From assembly GCA_025594325.1 (NCBI GenBank), contig JANHCV010000001.1:2542001-2606000 (forward strand): DNA of 64,000 nucleotides, written 5' to 3'. Source of the stretch: Blastocladiella emersonii ATCC 22665. Taxonomy: Eukaryota > Fungi > Blastocladiomycota. A program made the position numbers and the translations under genes. The notes below the pieces were generated by a model. That model did not search any database and had not been told where the DNA came from. It saw nothing but the letters and a program-made list of their open reading frames with translations. Of the stretch, positions 56,422-64,000 are shown piece after piece. The first letter of the stretch is position 1. Each line of letters opens with the position of its first letter.

Positions 56422-57669
56422 CTAATCATTGAAGCTCGCTGACGAGCTTGGAGGCCTGCTCGAGGCGACAGCGGTGCGCGAAGGCTTGGTTGGCAGTAAA
56501 GCGGGAAGCTGCTCGTCACCCGGAACTGCGACAGGCCGGGGTCGTTTTGGCAGATTCTCGCACAGCTCGTCATCGTTGTTGAGAGGCCGTTTGGAGCGAG
56601 GAGGAGCAGCGGAAACCACGGCTTCGTCGTCACCCGGAGGCGAGCAATCAGGTGGCGAAATCACTCGAGAAAGCTGCAGAAAAGCGGGCGGGATACCAAC
56701 CTTGGCTGCATCGAGAACAACCTTTGTTGTCGCGGTCGCAGCCGCAGCCGCTGACTTGTGCTGAGAAGCCGGAGCAATCAACGGGCTGTCGTGTGAGGTG
56801 AAATTCGGCTCGATATGAGAGCTGCTTTCGGCGGCTCGAGCAAGAGCGGGAGACAAAAGAGAGCCGTTCGAATCCGCGTCGCGAGCAGGTGCTGTAGCCA
56901 GTGAACCAAGCTGCATAACGTCTCGAGGCAAACCATTGGGAGGAACGTCCGCTGGTGAAGGCGAGGCCAGGGAAGGCGGAACGCTTGAAGTGTCCCCGCT
57001 TGCAGGTCCAGATACTTTTTGAGCAGGTGAGAGCGAAATTGACTCTGGAGTGAGAACCGGTGACAGCAGATACTTGCCTGTCGAGAAACGCGCCACCTTA
57101 AGTGCGGCGCTTGCAAAGTAGCACCGTGTACCAAAAGTGACGTGATTGACGGGTTGAAGGGAACCAAACCCTTGAGCTCCAGCGAGCGTTTCGGCGAGAT
57201 AGCGCATGAAAAAGTCGCGCACAAGCTGGGAGCGCAGTCTTCGTTGCGCAGGTCTTGGTGCGTCGAGAAGTAAACAATCATGGACCGGGTCCGCCGCAGC
57301 AAGGGAACACCGGAAGACGTGGTGAGGCGGCTTCTAAACGCCAACTACGCACGTTGAGCCATACATGGTGTTTGCGTGGTCGGGGTTCGAGAAAGTGCCC
57401 TCGTCCGGAGCGAGTACATTCGCAAGACCAACGTTGATTTCTGGCTTGCTGAGTGCAAGTGCCACGTCCATGAGAGAATGAGGGTCCAGCTTGCTCGCCC
57501 AGCTGCTCATGTCGACGATCGAGTTGGTTCTGAAGTATTCGGCCGGGTCGACTCCGGGTGGAACGGCCATGAGTTGCTCGAAACCCAGCTGGAGGGCTGC
57601 GGGGACAAGGTGTGTCCGCAGGGGTTTCGCCGCGGCGACATTGTGCGGATCAGGGCCGGTAGAGCTCAT
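56422..57669 (-). CDS. Orphan-family paralog B (either spliced around, or interrupted by, an in-frame TAG)
   Basis: ORFs 57705-57334 and 57222-56422 are in the same frame, separated by one TAG (57336-57334). Candidate 99-nt intron 57352-57254 (GTGCGT..CCAAG). Similar to the 57948-59754 protein over two blocks. Confidence 0.6.
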
Positions 57670-57947
57670 TGCATAAAGTTTTTCATTCGTTTGACATTGG
57701 CGCAAAGACTAGAGAGGAGCAGAGGCGGCGCGGACGACCGCGGGAAACGCGCCTCGCGTCGCTTCGCGAGCTTCAAATCATCCGTCAGGTGTCGAGCGCG
57801 TGCCCATGACCATCGCGTCCCCAGGCGCGTTTCACAGCTCAATGAACCAGAGTAACGATTCCGGATCCAGCAGAATCAGATATGTTATTTTCAAGTCGTG
57901 TGTGTGCGCTAGTTTGTCAAAGTCAAGGGTTCGAACGGCTCATTAGG

Positions 57948-59754
57948 TCACGGTGAGGGCAGCATCGCCGTGCACATTGCCACGACGTTCCAGAAGCTAG
58001 CGTCCTGCATGGTGAGATGACCGAGAACCTCGTCGACCGCCACCTTGCAGCGCTCGACACTGAATCCGGACAGGTCGTACACGTCGGCGAGCTCCGTGGC
58101 CATGGCCTGGTCGAGCGGAGTCCGCTGGTCGATGGCCGCGTACAGCTGGATAAAGTCTTTGAGCTTTGACAGCTCCCAGTCGCGGCCGTGAACGGCAGAA
58201 GCAATGTGCTTTGCGGCCGCAATCTGCTTCTGGCGGTCGTTTGCAGCGTACGCGGAGGCGATGCAGGTAAGCGCTGTGAAGGGAAGCGGGAGGCGAGTCG
58301 CAGTCGGATCCGAGCTCGAAGCATGTGAAGCAGAAGGCGCGATGACCGCCGGGCGAGAGGACACCGTCGGCGAAGCGGCCACCATCGGCTCGAGCTTGAT
58401 CTTGATCTTGCTGGGCGACTTGTCGGGAAGCAAAACATTCGAGGCACTGGAACTACCAGCCAGGGCATTGCACGCGCCAGCGAGAGAGTCCTGCGGTTCG
58501 ACGTTGCTGGTCGAAGCACTGGGTTGAGGCAGAGCGGGAACGGCGGCAAGATCCGTCAGTGGTGCAACGTTCGCTGCGGCCTGCACCGTCGTAGCGGCCG
58601 AGTTCGAAGAAGTAGGCATGAGAGCAGCTGGCAGGAGATCGCGAGGCGCACAAGGAGCGATGAGAGGGGAAGCGTCCTCCGCGTCGACCATGACGATTTC
58701 CACCTTGCGGCGCTTGGTCGACGGTTCGGTGCGTTTCGTTGGCGAAAGGCGTGGCGGCGGGTCGCTCCACTCGACGAGAGTAATCTTGGGTCTCTTTGTA
58801 TCCGCGGTCCGAGCTGGCGTCGGTGGAGTGACTGAGCAGGAGGTCGTCAGCGCGTGTAGAAGCAGTAGGTCGAGGAGAGGAGCACGTACCTGACGGGCGC
58901 TGGTCTTGGACGAGAGCTGTAGCCGATGGCGCGGACGTTGCAGATCGAGTCGTCGGCACGGTCCGAGAGGAAGCAGTCGAGGAACCCGGTGGGTGAACTG
59001 TCGACTGTGTCGGAATGCTTGATTGCTGGACAAGCTGCTGCAGCAAAGCCGGCGGTAATGCAGCGGATATCGGGGCGCGACGAGCACGTTCGAGTTCGAG
59101 CGGTTTGAACTCGACATGGAACTTATCGCTGCGACCGTTGTAAGTGATCATGAGCCCCACGGGAAAGAAGTAGCGGGCCGTGCCGCGAGACGCGTGGTGG
59201 ATTGGAATGTCAACGCCGAAACCTCGGGCCCCGGAGCAGCATTGGCGAAGATACCAAGCAATCAAGTCGTCGAGCAGCTGAGCAAGCGTGCGACCACTCG
59301 AGAGTGCATCGGCAGTAAGTGCTGAGCGGATGGAGTGCCGATCAGAGTAATTGGTATCGGTGAACTCGCGGCGACGGTCGAGGAGCTCGTTATTCGGCGA
59401 TGTAACGATTGCATTGGACACGAGCGAACCCAGATAGTCTAGCGAGTCAAAGGTTGCGGTAGGCCGGCACACGAGGAGCTTCAGACCGTCCGTGATGAGA
59501 GCAAGCATCTCCATACGGAGGGCACGCGACCGGAACGTGGTCGCGCCCTTGGACACGGACCGGATGTTGTGGCGATCATAGTATGTGTCCTCTTGGCCAG
59601 ATGGTACAGCAAGAAGTGGATGGTCGTCGACGAGCAACGCTTCGGGGAACGCCGCAGTCGCGCCCAGGACGCGGGGACGCGGACGCCCAGTGGCGAGTGG
59701 GGTTCCGCGCAGTTTTTGCAACGGCTGCGACGGCGGTGAGTTGCTCGATAACAT
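57948..59754 (-). CDS. Orphan-family paralog A (582 aa)
   Basis: Exons 59754-58890 and 58831-57948 joined by a canonical 58-nt intron (GTACGT..GCTGAC..CTCAG) that links two overlapping long ORFs in the correct phase (1749 nt). Globular N- and C-terminal parts flank an S/P/A-rich linker with KRRK. Confidence 0.75.
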
Positions 59755-60023
59755 GGCAAGTTACATGCAATTTAGGGTCGTGAGAGGAGGAGACGAGGCG
59801 GAGCGGTCTCGAGCAACGAGGTCGCGTCCGACGTGCGAGGCGCGACGCGTCGCGACTCGCCGTCACGTTCCATCACGCCATTTCAAGTCGCGTCTCCCGC
59901 TTGCTTCGGTGGGCTGTGGTGGACTTGCCATAAGCGATCGAGCGGTGAATCAAAATACAGGTCTCTCTATTTCGTCGTCGTCGTCGTCGTGATGCGTTCT
60001 CCCACAGCCCCCGCGGCCATCCC

Positions 60024-63000
60024 TCAGTACGGGATGCCGTTAGTCTGCTTCTGGAACTGGTCGTAGAGCACTGTCCTGCGGTTCTCGTACGACTCGGCGA
60101 TGCGGTCCATCATGAACCGGGCCGCGTCGCGCTCCGACTTCTCGAGGACGAAGCGGGCGCGCAGCTTGCGCAGCGTGGGCTCGCCGCGGAAGCACGGCAG
60201 GCCCGACTCGGCCATGAGCTGGACCAGCGCGATGATCGCGTCGGCGTACGGCCGCACCGCGAGGAACGCCTGCACGACACACCGCGCAAAGTCGCGGAAC
60301 GTGTCGGACCCGACGGGCCCGATGATCTGCAGCATCTCGGTGGTCAGCTTGAAGGGTGCCGACTCGAAGTTGATGCCGCCGGGCGAGATGTCGAGGATGA
60401 ACCCGAAATCGATGTGCACCATGTGGCCCTGCTCGTCGAGCATGATGTTGCCGTTGTGCCGGTCCTTGATCTGCAGCAGGAACAGGATGACCGAGTACCC
60501 GGCGACCGACGTAATGAAGTTGCGCTGCGCCTTGCGGAACGCGGGCGTGTGCGGGCCGCCAAACTTGGCGACAAAGTAGTCGAACAGCGAGTTGATCTTC
60601 TCGCGGCCCATCATGTCGCGCGAGATGGAGTTGGGGATCACCTCGATGACGCCGCACCCGGGCGCCGTGGCCACGACGCGGTACGGGAACAGGTACAGGT
60701 CGAGGTGCGCCGCCGCGAACACGGACTTGAACATCGCGATCAGCTGCAGTGCGAGCACGTCCTGCCGGCAGTCGTCGCCGACCTTGAAGATGGCCGACTG
60801 CCACACGCGCTCGATGCGGTGCGGCGGGACGGGGGACTGGCGCTCGATCTTGAACGTGGCGAGGAACGGCGCCTTGGCGTGCGACTGCAGCGGCCGGCCC
60901 GAGTTGTAGTCGATGTCAATGACTGTCGACTCGGGGTTACTGGGCAGGTAGCACCCGACGTCGACCTTGATGAGCGCCATCTCCTCGTCGATCTTCTTCT
61001 TCTTCTCGGGCTTGCTCTTCTTGATGTACGGCTTGAGCTTGCCCGAGATGGACGTGATCTTGTTGAAGAAGTCGAACTCGCGCTGGTAAAAGGACTGGTC
61101 CTCGGGCGTGAACGACTTGATGATGAGGTCGATGAGCTCGTCGAACAGCGGCTGCAGGCTGTCGGGTACATTGCCCGCCTACGATGCGCAATTTCGTTGT
61201 TAGTGCTCCGTCCCGAAACGCTCCTACAACCCCGGCAAACGCACCTCGTCGCGGTACATGTTGGCCTTCATGTTCCAGATGATCTGGTGCGCGAACACAG
61301 ACGACGTGCGGGCGGCGCGCAGGATGAACTCCTGCACGTACCCTAGCGGGTCGTGGCGGAGCGCCTGGACGATCTGCGGCACGAAGAAGAAGACGGCCTC
61401 GATCGGGTACGCGAACAGCGACCGCATCGCGTACTGGAGGACGAGCGGGTGGTACTGGTACACCTCCTGGAACAGCGTGATGGCCTTGACGGGCGGCATG
61501 GGCGTCCAGTACCCGAGGTACCGCAGCGCCGCGTGGTCCTGCGACAGGTTGGCCGGCGTGAGCAGGTACCGGACCGCGTCGACGCACGCGTGGAGCCGCG
61601 GCGAGTGCGCGCGCGACATGGTCAGCTGTTCGAGCTCGAGCTCCAGCGGCGCCGGCAGGTGGAACCGCGCCGACAGGTGGAACGCGATGGCCGGGTCCGT
61701 CCGCCACGCCGCGCGCGCAAACACGCGCCACACGGCCGCCGTGTACCCGGCGGCGCCCGCGAGCACCGCCGCCACGTCCTCGGGCGCCGGCATCGGGTTC
61801 TCGGGCGCACCCCACGTCAGCACGTTCTCGAGCTCGTTGGCGAGCAGGAGCTCGAGCAGCTTGATGTCGTGGTTGGTCGCTGGCGCCGCGGCCGTTCCGC
61901 GAGCACCACCGCGCACCTGCTGCGCGTACGTGGCGCGGGCCGCCGCGAGGAACGCGCGGAGCCGGCTCGCGCTGGGCTCGGGGCGGCGCGCCCACGCAGG
62001 TGGAAGTGCGAACCACATGAGCGCTGCGGCCATGACCTGGCTGCGGAGCAGGTCGCGGATCTCGTCGGGGCACGCCGGGTGGCTGGCCGCGCGCAGGGCG
62101 AGCGTCAGCAGCGCGAACCGGACGGCGCGCGACTCGGGGTGCTTGGTGAGCTGGTCGTGCGCGCGGGTGCTGGCGAGGAGCAGGCGGAGCAGCGGCGCGG
62201 GGACTGTGGCGAGGTTGGTAGTGAGGCGGTCCGTCAAAAAGTCGATGACCATGAGGCACGCGTCAAACTCGAGCTCGACGGGGGTCTCGGCGACGTCAAA
62301 CTTGTCGCCCGTGTAGTGGATCTTGTCGGCGAGCGGGTTGTGCACGGGCGCGCGCGCCGCGAACAGGCCGCGGCGGCGGCCGACGACGTCGAGCAGCCAC
62401 GCGCGCTCGAGGACGAGCAGCAGGCTGGCCTCGAGGTCCGAGAAGTGCAGCAGGACCGTGTGCCACGCGGCCACGGCGGCGCGCACCGCGCTGCGCGTGA
62501 AGGCGGCCGTCGCGAGGTGCACCATGGCGCTGAGCAGGAGCATGTCCGGGTCGCCGCCGCCGGGCCGGCACAGGAACGCGGCCGCCTCGAACAGGAGCTC
62601 GGTGATGTGGTCGTCCTCGGGGACACCAACCGACGACACGGGCTCGCCGTGGGCGGTGGTCTCGGCCGCGGTCTTCTTGACGTCACTAGCCGCATGCTCT
62701 GCGGCAATCGCCTCGTGGCACCGCTTGAGTACGTCGTCGAGGGTGGCCGACTTGGCCTTGGCCGTCGCGGCGGCCCAGTGCGCAACGTTCCACGTGAACG
62801 CGTCGACCCAGGTCGCGGGGAGGCGGCCGAGGACGGCGGCGAGCGAGCGGGTCGGGCACCCGACGACCGAGTCGGCGAGGAGGGCAACGACGAGCGCCTG
62901 GCGGGACCCGGCGGTCCCTGCGGCCGTGAACTGGGTGCGGACGAGGTCACGGGCCGCGGTGCCGTCACGGGCAGCGAGCGCCGCAAGGGCGACCTCGCGC

Positions 63001-64000
63001 GCGAACATGAGTGGCTCGTACGCGTCGACGAGGCGGGCGAGGAACGACTGACACGTGGACGCGATCTGGGCGTGTGCGTGGGTCGCGCCGCGGAGGAGCT
63101 GCAGCGTCAGGGCGATGAGAGCGGGAACGTCGCGGACGGGTTTCGTGCCGCTGCTCGCGGTGCCGTTCGCCGAAGACGCGGGCTTCTTCTTGAAGAAGAA
63201 CTGGACCATGACCGTGTCGAGCAGCTGGAGGAAGACGGGGAGCAGGATGGGCTTCGGGTCGTCAACCATGCGCTGCAGGAGTCCGAGGACATTGAGCCGC
63301 GACTCGCTGGCGCAGCAGCACATGATGTGGTACAGGGTGAGGAGGTACAGCGCCTGCTCCGGGGTGAGCGCCGACGCAAGCGACGGCGTGGCGATGAGTT
63401 GCGACACGCGCGTCACGTACGCCGGCGACAGGAAGTAGCTCTCGATGACGGGCGCGTACGTGACTGGCGGCGTCGTGCACGCAATCTCGACGACCGAGTC
63501 CTGCGTCGCCTCGTTGGACACGAGGTCGAGCACCACGATGCAGTACCACGCGGTCCGGAACAGCGCCGTGATGGACGCGTCCGTGATCCCGTCGGCCGAC
63601 GGCGCAGCGGCGTTGGCAGCGGCAGCCGGGGTCGGGACAGACCCGTCGGCGTTGAGCGCGAGCCCGAGCTCGGCGTGCGTGGCGCGGCACATCTTGGCGA
63701 CGAGCGAGAGCAGGCGGCCAAACTCGGCGCGGGCGCGCTCGCGGTCTGTGGTGCCCATGCTCGACCACGCCTTGGCCGAGGTGGGCGCGGACGTGATGAG
63801 CCAGACGGCCTTGTTGGTGAAGTAGGTGAGCAGCGTGTGCAGAACGATGCGGCGCTGCTCGGGCGACGCCTCCTCGGCCATGGCGTCGACGCTGGCCATG
63901 ACGGCGCGCGTGACGCGGTCGTCCGAGATGTTGTCGCGCGCGTACTGCGAGAGGTACCGCGCGACCTCGGCGAACGTGTCGAGCGGGGCCACGAGAGCGA
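60024..64000 (-). CDS. STT4: Phosphatidylinositol 4-kinase type III alpha, C-terminal part; the 5' end is outside the window
   Basis: Intron 61244-61179. PIK helical domain (VFFFVPQIVQALRHD, FAHQIIWNMKAN) and kinase motifs FKVGDDCRQD, KDRHNGN, HIDFGF, ending TNGIPY*. Confidence 0.96.

Noticed and set aside
1-64000. CRISPR arrays, tRNA/rRNA genes, intact transposase or reverse-transcriptase ORFs
   Set aside because: None recognised. The repeats found lack constant-length spacers, and small ncRNAs cannot be excluded by eye.

Overview
Eukaryotic, gene-dense, very GC-rich genomic DNA from a fungus. The lineage is most likely an early-diverging (zoosporic) one such as Blastocladiomycota or Chytridiomycota; this is inferred from gene content and intron style and is not established. 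Most genes have short spliceosomal introns (about 50-110 nt; donors GTACG/GTGCG/GTATG/GTCCG/GTTCG, CTGAC/CTAAC-like branch sites, YAG acceptors), so I rebuilt the gene models by hand from the ORF track. For every complete multi-exon model whose exon lengths I summed, the total was a multiple of 3. Recognisable genes: 5' end of an ABCB transporter, OPT oligopeptide transporter, ADE13, MCD4, an importin-13/transportin-3-like karyopherin, a SAM methyltransferase, TSC10, a PPR protein, DNM1, RUS1/DUF647, GPD1, EMC8/9, coilin, GPI7, and the 3' two-thirds of STT4. No rRNA, tRNA, CRISPR array or intact transposase was seen. Best leads: (1) a 1816-aa mRNA-capping-enzyme (Ceg1) paralog that keeps the catalytic lysine but has substitutions in five of six conserved motifs, fused to a ~1350-aa disordered tail; (2) a lower-GC island with two tandem, highly diverged paralogs of an unrecognised domain; (3) two 5'-truncated gene fragments (ABCB NBD and NudC) that keep their splice sites; (4) a degenerate NYN-plus-LOTUS-like protein; (5) a 7-bp duplication that shifts a three-copy peptide repeat out of frame; (6) an 859-nt intron that supplies the signal peptide of a type I membrane protein.
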